DNA of 64,000 nt from Clostridiales bacterium. Lineage in GTDB: Bacteria > Bacillota > Clostridia > Christensenellales > UBA1242. The position numbers were made by a program, and so were the translations under genes. The DNA lies in contig SVIR01000001.1 in assembly GCA_015069395.1 (NCBI GenBank), forward strand, positions 105,188-169,187. Direction: 5' to 3'. Below are positions 37,038 to 47,900 of the stretch, one piece after another. Within the stretch, counting starts at the first letter, position 1. Each line of letters opens with the position of its first letter. Below the pieces are notes generated by a model, which worked only from the letters and a program-made list of their open reading frames with translations, was not told the origin of the DNA and did not search any database.

Positions 37038-37850
37038 ATGAAAAGAAAATTTTGGTTGGTTATAGCTATTTTGTTGATAGTCGGAATTGTTTTAGCGATT
37101 GTATTCGTGAGTCTCTTTAGAGAAAGGGACACCGAAGATTTGTCAAAAAGTTTAAACAATTATGTTGAAGACGGTTATTTAAATGTCGAAGACGAAAGGT
37201 TTCAAGATATAACTGATTATTTAGATTATATCGCACCTGTTTTAAAGTCTAATGTGGACACTGCAGAACAAGGTCTGCAAGCAGAAAATTTTTTAAATTC
37301 TTACAAAGCGACAATAATAGTTGCTAAGTTTGTAAATGAAGAGTTGATTTTTCTTGATTATTCAGATGCGTATAGACAAAACAAGAAGAAAATAGAAAAG
37401 GCTTTCAGTCAAGCCCAAACTTCAGCAAGAGAATTGCAAACGTTTATCAATGAAAATGTAAATGAGGGTGGAAGCCAATATTGGTTGGCAAATACTTGGC
37501 AAGGCTGTGAAGAAAATGCGACAAAAATGGTTGAAAAATCACTGGACGCTATTAAAAGATTGCTTTCTGTTTATGAAGAAGGAGCGACTTCTGTTTATAC
37601 GGGGAATGCATTTCTTGAAATTATTTTTGATAGAACTGAATTTTTGTTGGATACAATGATTGAAAATCAACAAACGGAAAATTCAGGAAAAAACTTGTAT
37701 GAATTTGTTGTAGATTATTTTACAAACAAGGAAGCGATTTCAAATTATTGTTACAATTCAGATTTGCAAACAAAAGTTGAAGACATAAAAGAAAAGGGTG
37801 ATCAAAGCGTTTATTATGATTCATTCTGCGAAGGAACTTTGGGGGTGTAA
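37038..37850 (+). CDS. membrane-anchored helical hypothetical protein
   Basis: N-terminal basic stretch and TM helix followed by an acidic helical ectodomain. Confidence 0.75.
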   Translation: MKRKFWLVIAILLIVGIVLAIVFVSLFRERDTEDLSKSLNNYVEDGYLNVEDERFQDITDYLDYIAPVLKSNVDTAEQGLQAENFLNSYKATIIVAKFVNEELIFLDYSDAYRQNKKKIEKAFSQAQTSARELQTFINENVNEGGSQYWLANTWQGCEENATKMVEKSLDAIKRLLSVYEEGATSVYTGNAFLEIIFDRTEFLLDTMIENQQTENSGKNLYEFVVDYFTNKEAISNYCYNSDLQTKVEDIKEKGDQSVYYDSFCEGTLGV

Positions 37851-37851
37851 T

Positions 37852-38940
37852 ATGAAAAAGAAAATTTGGTCAGTTGTGTTGTGTTTTTGTCTTTTGATTC
37901 CTGTGTTTTGTTTTATAGGCTGTGGTGGAGTTTCGTTGGATACTGTAAAACAAACTTTTACATCATGGAAAGAAGCTTATGTAAATCAAAGTTCAGTTTT
38001 CAGTACAGACACCTGTGAAGGGTATGATACTGATTATTACGTAGCTTATAATTCGTTTATAGAACAAAAAATCTCAGACAGTGTTGAAAGTTTTTCTGAG
38101 CTAAGATCCAAATATAATCTTACCTTAGCCTTTGCAAATGATTATATTGAGGCAGGAGAACATTATTTAACAATAGTAAATGAAGAAGATTTGTCTAAAA
38201 ATGCAAAAAAAATGCTTAAAACCTTAAACAAATCAGCAAAAAACTGTACTGAAGCAGTGTCAGAATTTGCTGTTGCTAAAAGAGATGTAGAGGATTATTT
38301 TCAAAATTATGGTGCGATCTGGGAAGGAAATCAAGATGCAGAAGGCTCGCATTTAAACAAATTTAAAAATGTATATGCCAGTTTGATCGAAAAAAGCGTT
38401 GACCTTTCTAGCTTGATGGCAGATTTTATCAAAGAAGTAGGCATTTTAGAAATTTTTGAAAAGGTTACAATTTCTACACCTGATGTTTTGGTTGTTAGAG
38501 ATTATGTAAGTGCAAAGCTACTGCCTTTGTTTAGCAAACTTTCAATTTCTGCAACAGAAAAGAATTTGAACTGGGAAGTAACCCAAGAGACTAGCTTTAA
38601 AGAAAGAATTAATGAAATTTTAAACAGTTTGAATAGTGCCTTCAACGACTATAAAAATCATTTTGTTGACGAGGCTGGCAAAAACATCGTTATCATTGAT
38701 GTGAAAGAATTTATGTCTCAAGCAGACCAATTTTTTATTTCTGCAGAAAGCTATATTGAGGCTCTTGAAGGGCTTAACATTCCAAAACTTGCTACCACAT
38801 ACAAAAACGATTTAGAGCAATATAAAAAGAAAAACAAATTAGCAGAAATCTACTTAGATAAAATCGAAAATTTTGTTGATGTAAATTTGGCAGAATTTTT
38901 AAGTTTTTCTGTTGAAACTATTTATGGAGAAACTATATGA
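37852..38940 (+). CDS. putative lipoprotein, all-helical
   Basis: Likely start MKKKIWSVVLCFCLLIPVFCFIG-C at 37852 (GGGGGTG SD) rather than 37798. Lipobox-like FIGC. Confidence 0.75.
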   Translation: MKKKIWSVVLCFCLLIPVFCFIGCGGVSLDTVKQTFTSWKEAYVNQSSVFSTDTCEGYDTDYYVAYNSFIEQKISDSVESFSELRSKYNLTLAFANDYIEAGEHYLTIVNEEDLSKNAKKMLKTLNKSAKNCTEAVSEFAVAKRDVEDYFQNYGAIWEGNQDAEGSHLNKFKNVYASLIEKSVDLSSLMADFIKEVGILEIFEKVTISTPDVLVVRDYVSAKLLPLFSKLSISATEKNLNWEVTQETSFKERINEILNSLNSAFNDYKNHFVDEAGKNIVIIDVKEFMSQADQFFISAESYIEALEGLNIPKLATTYKNDLEQYKKKNKLAEIYLDKIENFVDVNLAEFLSFSVETIYGETI

Positions 38941-40562
38941 ATTTAGAAAAATTGGCAGAATTGTTGTTTCCAAACAATAAATATACTGTTGAAGAATTAG
39001 AAAAGAAATATCCAAAAAGAAATCTAAAAGAGGGTGCTGAAGTAACAAGATTTGCTCCAAGCCCAACAGGTTTTATGCATTTGGGCAACTTTTTTCAAGC
39101 AACTATAAGTTATAACATTGGAAAAAGAAGCGGGGGAGTTTTCTTTATTAGAATAGAAGATACCGATCAAAAGAGAGAGGTAAGTGGCGCAAGCGCGATC
39201 ATTATGGAGATTTTAACGAGTTATGGATATATTCCTGACGAATATCAACTTAAGGGTGGGGTGACTGTCGGTGAGTATGGGCCATATTATCAAAGTGAAC
39301 GTGTAGATATTTATAAGGCTTATGCGAAAAAACTTGTCGCAGAAGGCAAAGCGTTCCCTTGTTTTTGTAAAAAAACTGAAGGGTTAAGCGACGTAAAAGA
39401 AAAGAGAGAAAAGAAATTTTCTGTAGGAATAAACGAGGATAAGGATCCTTGTAGAAATTTAACGCTAGAACAAATTGAAGAATATATAAATGAAGGCAAA
39501 AAGTTTGCTATTAGACTTAAATCAAACGGTTCTGTGGACAAAAAAGTTAAATTTTATGATGTTATTAAAGGTGAGATAGAAATGGCTGAAAATTGTTCAG
39601 ACGCTATTTTGCTTAAAAATGATATGATTCCAACATATCACTTTGCTCACGCTGTAGACGACACTCTTATGGGTACAACGGTGGTTGTTCGTGGAGAAGA
39701 ATGGTTGCCATCAGTTCCTTTGCACAAAGAAATTTTTGATACTTTAGGTTATAAACAACCAAAATACATTCACAACCCATTGCTTTATAAGTTAAATGAG
39801 GAAGGAAACAGAAACAAACTTTCAAAGAGAAAACATCCTGAAGCTGATATGCGTTTCTTCGACAGAGAGGGGTATGACAAACAAGCCGTTATAGAATATT
39901 TGATAAATTTAATAAATTCGAATTTTGAAATCTGGAGAAAAAACAATCCTTCAGTGGACATTTCTGAATTTCCGTTTGATGGGTTTAATATTACTGCCAA
40001 TACTCCAATTTTTGATCTTGTAAAATTAAATGACATCTCAAAAGAAATCATTTCTAGATATAGTGCAAAAAAATGTTATGAAGAACTTTTGCTTTGGGCG
40101 AGGGCTTACTCGCCTGAAAATGTAGATTATCTTGTAAAAGATAAGGATTATGTTATAAAAGTTTTAAATATTGACAGAGAAAAGCCAAAACCAAGAAAAG
40201 ATATTTACAAATGGAATATGTTTTTTGATTTGTTTGACTATATGTTTGGTGTTCCATCAAGCTACGAAGTTGAAAATCAAAAGCAGTTTGAGGAAGTTGT
40301 AAAAAATTATCAAAAATATCTCTGCTTGGATTCGAAAGATATTTGGTTTGAAAAAGTCAAAGAAATGGCTGGCGAATTGGGATATGCAACAGACAATAAG
40401 GCTTATAAACAAAACCCAGAAAACTTTAAGGGAAATGTTGCAACTGTTTGTGAATATATAAGAGTTGCTATTACCGGAAGAAAAAATTCTCCAGATTTAT
40501 ATGAGATTATGAGTTTATTGGGAAAAGAAGAGGTGTTAAAAAGATTATCTCAATTTGCTTAA
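38937..40562 (+). CDS. gltX: glutamate--tRNA ligase
   Basis: TRFAPSPTG, HLGN (HIGH-like), RIEDTD, PTYHFAHAVDD, RGEEW and KLSKR (KMSKS-like). Confidence 0.96.
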   Translation: MNLEKLAELLFPNNKYTVEELEKKYPKRNLKEGAEVTRFAPSPTGFMHLGNFFQATISYNIGKRSGGVFFIRIEDTDQKREVSGASAIIMEILTSYGYIPDEYQLKGGVTVGEYGPYYQSERVDIYKAYAKKLVAEGKAFPCFCKKTEGLSDVKEKREKKFSVGINEDKDPCRNLTLEQIEEYINEGKKFAIRLKSNGSVDKKVKFYDVIKGEIEMAENCSDAILLKNDMIPTYHFAHAVDDTLMGTTVVVRGEEWLPSVPLHKEIFDTLGYKQPKYIHNPLLYKLNEEGNRNKLSKRKHPEADMRFFDREGYDKQAVIEYLINLINSNFEIWRKNNPSVDISEFPFDGFNITANTPIFDLVKLNDISKEIISRYSAKKCYEELLLWARAYSPENVDYLVKDKDYVIKVLNIDREKPKPRKDIYKWNMFFDLFDYMFGVPSSYEVENQKQFEEVVKNYQKYLCLDSKDIWFEKVKEMAGELGYATDNKAYKQNPENFKGNVATVCEYIRVAITGRKNSPDLYEIMSLLGKEEVLKRLSQFA

Positions 40563-40618
40563 AAACAATAAAAAATGCGTAAAAATGCGTAGTTTTTTGA
40601 ATTTTTAAGGAGATTTTT

Positions 40619-41683
40619 ATGAAAAAAATAATTTTGACTGCAGATAGACCAACGGGAAACTTGCACATAGGGCACTATGTTGGTTCTATTGCGAACAGGT
40701 TAAAACTGCAAGAGCAAAACGATTATGAAAAATACTATATAATGATTGCAGACACACAAGCATTAACGGATAATGCCGATAATGTAGATAAAGTAAAAAA
40801 TAATATAATTCAAGTTGCAATAGATTATTTATCTGCAGGTATAGATCCAAACAAAGTGGAAATTTTTATTCAATCACAAGTTCCGGAACTTGCTGAAATG
40901 ACTATGTATTTTATGAATCTGGTCACGGTGGCAAGATTGACAAGAAATCCTACTGTAAAAGACGAAATTAAACAAAGAGGATTTGCAAACTCTCTTCCTG
41001 TTGGTTTTTTGTGTTATCCAATTAGTCAGGCTGCAGACATTTGTGCGTTTAACGCAAACTGCATTCCTGTTGGTGAAGATCAATTGCCAATGTTGGAGCA
41101 AGCACGTGAAATTGTAAGAAGTTTTAATCACGCTTATGGAAAAGAAGTTTTGACATTGCCAGAGCCACTTTTACCTGAAAACGAGGCGTGTAGAAGATTG
41201 CCGGGTATTGATGGTGGATTAAAAATGAGTAAGTCGGCAGGAAACTGTATTTATTTAAAAGACGAGCCTGAAGAGATTAAGCGCAAGGTTATGAGTGCTT
41301 ATACAGATCCAAATCATATAAAGATTTCTGATCCGGGGAAAGTGGAAGGTAATGTTGTATTTAAGTATTTGGATGCTTTTGCAACAGACGAATCTTTCAA
41401 GAAGTTTTTGCCAGAATACAAAAATTTAGAAGAGCTTAAAGCTCATTATAGAAATGGTGGACTTGGAGATGTGAAGATTAAGTTGTTTTTAAACAATGTT
41501 CTACAAGAACTTTTGGCTCCAATTAGAGAGCGTCGAAAAGCATTGGAAAAGGATATTGATTCGATTTATAAAATGCTTTTTGAAAATGGAAAAAAGGTTA
41601 GAAAGATTGCTGGTGAAACCATTTTGAGAATGAAAGAGGCGATGGGGCTGGATTATGAAAAACTTTTAAAAAAGGAAAATTGA
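40619..41683 (+). CDS. trpS: tryptophan--tRNA ligase
   Basis: TADRPTGNLHIGHY, YPISQAADI, PVGEDQ and KMSKS. Confidence 0.97.
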   Translation: MKKIILTADRPTGNLHIGHYVGSIANRLKLQEQNDYEKYYIMIADTQALTDNADNVDKVKNNIIQVAIDYLSAGIDPNKVEIFIQSQVPELAEMTMYFMNLVTVARLTRNPTVKDEIKQRGFANSLPVGFLCYPISQAADICAFNANCIPVGEDQLPMLEQAREIVRSFNHAYGKEVLTLPEPLLPENEACRRLPGIDGGLKMSKSAGNCIYLKDEPEEIKRKVMSAYTDPNHIKISDPGKVEGNVVFKYLDAFATDESFKKFLPEYKNLEELKAHYRNGGLGDVKIKLFLNNVLQELLAPIRERRKALEKDIDSIYKMLFENGKKVRKIAGETILRMKEAMGLDYEKLLKKEN

Positions 41684-41697
41684 TAAAAAATATCATT

Positions 41698-41734
41698 AAA
41701 AAACACGTTTTTTTTCAAAAAAATGTGTTTTTTT
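41698..41734 (+). terminator. terminator after trpS
   Basis: aaaaaacacgttttttt-c-aaaaaaatgtgtttttt inverted repeat. Confidence 0.6.
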
Positions 41735-41882
41735 ATTGTTTTTATAATATTTTTTAAAAAATAAAAAAGTTTTTGACAAACAACAAAAAAAAGAATAAGG
41801 CGAATTTAGATTTGTTCGATAAATACGATTAAAAACGAATTTATTATATATTATATTTATATATATTTTTTCTCAAATATCC

Positions 41883-41911
41883 TTGCTTAAAAGAGTAAAA
41901 ATTTGTATAAT
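41883..41911 (+). promoter_or_regulatory. sigma-A promoter of the 5981-aa gene
   Basis: TTGCTT-17 bp-TATAAT. GAGGGGG SD before the ATG at 41950. Confidence 0.65.
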
Positions 41912-41949
41912 ATTTCTGTAAAATTATTTCGTCTAACCGAGGGGGAAAT

Positions 41950-44900
41950 ATGAAAAAGAAATTGTTTATTTTTATGATGCTTATTATGGGAGTTTTCTGT
42001 GGGACTCTTGGATTTTTTAATGTTCAAGAAAGCGCTCACGCAGAGAGCCCCTTGGCGAGTACTTGGGATGGGTCTTATGAAGATTCTCTGAGTGATGTAA
42101 GTGAAGGAGACTTTATTAATGAAGGTCAGACGTATTATATTTACTCGGCCAAGGGCTTCTCATATTTTGCGTATATGGTTAGAAGTACAGGTGGCGGATA
42201 CAACAATTTTATGGGAAAGAATATCTATCTTCAAACAGACATTGACTTAGCAGGACATTCTTGGACTCCTATTGGGCAAGACTCGGTTGCTTTTGATGGA
42301 AGATTTTATGGAAATGGTCACACCGTTTACAATTTATATGTAAATGCCAATTCGGGAACAAATGTTGGTTTATTTGGCACTTTAGGTGCAAATGCAGTAA
42401 TTGATAATTTACATATTAAGAATTTAGATATAAGTACTAGTGGGGTTACAAATGTTGGTGGGTTAGCAGGATCGTCGCAAGCACTAATTACAAGATGTTC
42501 TACAGAAGGTTCTATTGATGCAAGTGGAGCTAAAAATGTTGGTGGATTGATAGGAAATGTTTCTAGAACATCTGGAGAAGGCATTGACAATAGCTTTTCT
42601 GATGTTGATATAAACGTTTCAAGTTCAACAGATCTCTCTGTAGGTGGGCTTGCTGGTTTGTACGCTTCTACAACGCTTAACACTAGTTATGCGAGTGGAA
42701 ATATAGAAGTTTCAAGCAGTGAGGCCTATGTTGGGGGACTTTTTGGACATACTACTGGTTCGATTTCTATCACCAATGCTTATAGTATTGGTGATATTTC
42801 CATTTCTAATATGAGCAATTCTAGAATAGGTGGAATAGCTGGTTATGTAGAAAGTGGCTTTAGGTTTAATGTTGGATATTATGGTGGTGCGATTGTTGAA
42901 GAAACTGCAAGCACTACTTCTAGAATTGCTGGTTTTGTTGGAAACTTTGGAACAACAAGCACAGCTTCAACAAGTTTAAGAAATATGCTTTTCTTAGGTT
43001 CGTTTAATGTTAAAACTACCTATGCTCCTTTCTATAACAAGACCTATACGGCTTCTTCTTTGACCGAGTCTAGAGTTTATTGTTCTAGTGATTATAGCGC
43101 AAGTGGAATTTATTACTTGAATGAATTGGCTACAACCGAGAGTTTTTATAGCGCCATTAGGTATTGGGGAAGTGAAAGTGAATGGGATTTTTCACTTGAA
43201 GGCGATTGGGGAATGAATTTCGGAAAAAACGAAGGGTTTCCTTATTTGCTTGGTTGCGACAATTTAGGAAATGCAAACAATGACTTAGAGCATTCATTTG
43301 TAAATATTTTGGAGGGCTCTGGTACTGCTGCAGATCCTTATCAAATCAAAACTGCAGGAGATTTGGGGTGGCTGGCATTTAATTATGAAAGTTTTAGTTC
43401 ACAAACGGAGTATTTTGCTCTGCAAAATGATATCGACTTAAGTGGAAGATCTTGGTATTCAATTGGAAATGAAGAGGATCCTTTTAGCGACGTTTTTGAC
43501 GGAAATGGCTTTGGAATATCAGGTATGACTTGTTCTATTCAAGAGAAGAATTCTTATCACGGCCTTTTTGGAGTGGCTAAAAATGCTGTAATTAAAAATT
43601 TAAACGTAAACAATACTAAATTTTTGAATGAGGGAACTGGAGTTAATAGCCTTTATGGAAACTTCGTAGGACTTGTGCAAGGAAATGTTTATTTTATCAA
43701 CTGTATTAGTTACGTTGACGGAGAAGGAATTGACGAAAACGTAGTTGTTTATGACAATATTGGTGGACTAGCAACAGGAGCCAAAATATTTTTGTATTAC
43801 GGAAGATTGAACACAAACATAAGTATGGACATTTTGACTGGCTCATTTAAAATCCCTACAGGCATTTCTTTTACTACTGGTTATGATATGATTGTAGATG
43901 GCACAGGTGGACAATTTTATGCGACAGATGGTTCGATTTATTTAGGCAGATATCATTTGCTTGTTGCCGAAAACGGAAGTGTTGCTCAGACACTAAGTTC
44001 TACAGGAAAGGTGATTGACGCTACTTTTGGACGCACTGCTTTGCCAGGGCTTTCAACAAACTATGGAATAAAAGATGTTTTGATTATGAAAGGCTTTAAG
44101 CTGCTTGGATATCGTTATGTTCATGACGACTCGGCAGTTTCTGTAAGTTCAGATTTTACTTTAACAGGCATTGATGTTTCAAAAAATCCAGTCAAAGGTA
44201 TCTATGCGGTATGGGAAAATAGAGGTTGGAGTGAAGACGGCATTGATCCTGACACTGCTATGAAAGTTAAGGTGATTTATAATGCTTACGAACAATATTA
44301 TTACACTACACAAGACCTAGATTATTCTTCTGATTCGTTGTGGCAACGTGATAGTGACGGAAACGTTTATGTGACATATTATTATGAATACGACTCGTAT
44401 TTGGGAGAAAATGCGGCATTGACGCAAGTGCCTGTTTATACAAAAAGTGAAACGAGAGTTTATTTGAGGGGGAATGATTTTAATATCGCAGGTCTTTACA
44501 AAACTTTTGATAGGGGCGCGTTTAAAAACAGCATTATGGATTCTCTTGGCAGAGTTTTTGTAAATGACGATATGACTTTCTATGCAGAGTGGGAAGGCAG
44601 AGCAGACGCTACGCATCAAGTTTCAGTAGAATTTTTAACAGCTGATGGAGATGCTGGAGAATTTAATGTAGCAGATGTTGTCGAATCGCTTTCAATGTAC
44701 AAATATTATGGTTCAGCTTTTACAAACCCAACAGCTGAAAGAATTTTGAGTTCGGGACAAACAAAAATCGAATATGATTATGATGCTGTTTTGAGTTATT
44801 CAAAAGATACATATTCGCAGTTTACGTTGGAGATTAAAGAAGGATATTCTTTTTCAAATTTGGCGCAATATGTTTATTCAAGTAAAAATGTGTTGGATAC

Positions 44901-47900
44901 AAACTTTGGTTTGTTGGCAAACTCAACGCCAAAAACTTTTGTAAGGGCAGATGGTGTAGCTACTTTCAACCAAGCGAAATTTTATAATATGGTTGGGGAT
45001 TATGTAATCAAAATAACTCTCCAACGAAACATTCAAACTTTTGATGTGGCTACAGGTGGTGGAGTGTATTTTGGACTTTCTCCAAAAATTGCCGACTATT
45101 CTGATGTTGCAATTAGAAAAGGAAACGAATTTTTAAGGGTTGAGACACTTGGTTTTAATTGCGAAAACCTTGTTGGCTATGACTGGATAAATCATAAATT
45201 GCTCTGTTCTACAGAGGCTAGGGGGCTTGGAGATGTAACGTCTGAATACATAGAAAATGACACTGTTTATTTGAGATATTCATTTAGTGCTTCTGCATCA
45301 AGATATTTTTCATATAAATTGAGTTATAATAACGATGGAACAACAACCGTTGCAATGCACGAAGTTGACCAAAATTTGGTTGAACAAGATTGGATTATTT
45401 CTTTAACCTATTCTTCCCCTAATGCGTTTAAGGCTGAATATTACACAGATTCAACTTTTGCTTTTATATTCTCAACGGAAGAAGATAAAAACATTTTCGA
45501 AAAACTTTCACCAAAAACAGGAGAAGCAGAAAATTTTGAGATGTATGAATTGCTTTCAAATGCTGATGGTGTAACAAAAGCTTATATGACATTTACAAAC
45601 CTTATAGAACTGAAAAATTCTTATGGTGTTAGATTGAATGTTGAAGCTGTCACAGCTTATATTGAAGCTTTGTTTGTATTCCAAATGGTTGATGCTAATG
45701 GAAATCAAATCATTGGATCCAATCTTCCACAAGGAAATGCAACGTCAATCAATACTTCACAAAGAACAACGGGATATTTTGATATAAGAGCAACTGATTA
45801 TTGGAGACCAACAAGCGTATATAGCATTAAGGTTTCAGACGTGAACTTGGCTACAGAAGAATTGAGCCAAGCCTTTGAAACAGAATTTAATGCAAATTAT
45901 TCATATCGCCTAAGTGTTGAGGAGACTTATTATCAAAAAGGCGAAGATATCCCCACTTATTTTGAACAAGATACACTCAGATTGGATTATGGTTTTGAGG
46001 CTGACGCTATAGCTCCAGGCTTTTATGTAGTTAAAATTGTTTGCGAAAAAGTTTATTATTCGATTGATTATCAAGCAAAATTTGTAGATGTTGCGTTTGC
46101 TAGTGATCAAGAAATGTTTGAAAATTTGGTAGACGACGAAACATTTAATGGCTCGGTATCTGCAAAGGTAGGTGGAAGCAATTATGCTAGTGGTGCAGAA
46201 ACTATTTCTTACGACTCAAACATTTTGATGGAAACAGTTTTGGGAGACAATAATGCTTTTTCGCTTTATGGTTGGATAATCATTGATTGTACTGGTTCAT
46301 TCGAATTCTTAAATTTAAGAACCGACACTTTAGAATTTGTTTATTATCATAAAAATGCACAAACGTCAAACAAAACGCATAAAACTGGAAACAGATTCAA
46401 TCTTTCTGTTTATGCTGTTTATCAAAAGAAAGAAGTAAGAGTTTCTTTGAGTAATGTGGCTATTGTTTCTGATTACAATGGTGAAGGCTATGATAGAACA
46501 TATGAAAACGGCTCGATTGGTTTTGAAATTGAAATGTCGAGTGTGGACGAAAACATTCTAGACAACACCTTTTTATATCAATATAATCAAGCAGAAAAAG
46601 GAGCTTTGGGATCATTATATCTCGAAAAAGAAGACCTTGGCTCAGCATATTACTTTGTTGGTTTCCAAATTCTTTATGAAGGCTCAGCAATTCTAGTTGA
46701 GAATGATATTTGGCAATATGACAACCTAGAAAGTCATGCGATTGATTTATATGACGAAGTAAGAAATTATGTCGAAAACTATGACTCTACGATAATGTCC
46801 TTGAATTTTGAATTGGTTCCTATTTTAAAGCAAAAAACGGCGACTCTTTATTTCTATTCGGGGACTGGTGAAGACAATCAATACGGAGATTTGGAAAACG
46901 GAGCTGTTTTTGATGCTTTGGAAAACTCTACAACTGACAATGTTTATATAATAGAAAATGTAATAGCAGATCAATCTTATTATTTGAATTATGAGCTTGC
47001 TGTTACTTTGAATGGACAAGAAAAAACCGTTATTTTGGACGACGAATTTTTCTTGCGTACTGGTTATGACAAACCAAATACAAAGTATTGGGCTTATGAG
47101 ACAAGTGAAGAAAAGACGGGAACTTTGACATTCTCTCAATTTGTATTAAATGACGATTATTTTGCAAATAATGACGAGTTGAGCCCTGACATTCATTTTT
47201 ATAGAGTTTGGTCTACAATTACATACACTCTTACATTTAATGAAAATGGTGGAACTTTTGTAGGCAATGTTCAAAATATGATTGATTTTGAATATAAAAG
47301 GGCTTATTCTCAACAGGCAAAAGTTAGTGCTTTGTCAAGCATAGAAAATCCTGGTTACGCACTTGCTGGTTGGACATATAATGGTACACTTATTTTTGAT
47401 AGTGAAGGAGAATTGCTTGACTCGACTATTTTGTTTAATGAAGAAACCGAATACACTATGCCATCGTCTCTTGAATTGTTTGCTAGTTGGGAACAAAGAC
47501 CTTATAAGATAAAACTTAATTTCAACAAAGCAAATTCTATTTCAGTTGCCGGAGAAGTGGTTGAAGGTGTTGATTATATAGAATTTGAATTGGATTATGG
47601 AAGCTCTTTTGAAAATCTAATTTACAATGGAGAAACGGTTGAACTTTCAGATATTGTTGCCACAAGAGAAGGCTTTGATTTTAAAGGAATTTATGCGTAT
47701 AACCTAATAGAGCAACAAATAGAAAATGAAACACTATTTTTAATGACAATTCCAGGTGTTGTACTAAGCAGAGAATATGCTCTTGAGCTTTATACAAAGT
47801 GGACTTTTAAAGAAAATTATTTGTCAATGAGATTTGTTTCAAACACATTTAATAAGACTGTTTATGATGGAAAAACAAGAACTGTAGATTTGGTAACTAT

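Noticed and set aside
37798-37851. Longer N-terminus for the lipoprotein as given in the ORF track
   Set aside because: It overlaps the upstream gene. The ATG at 37852 has an SD and begins a proper signal peptide.
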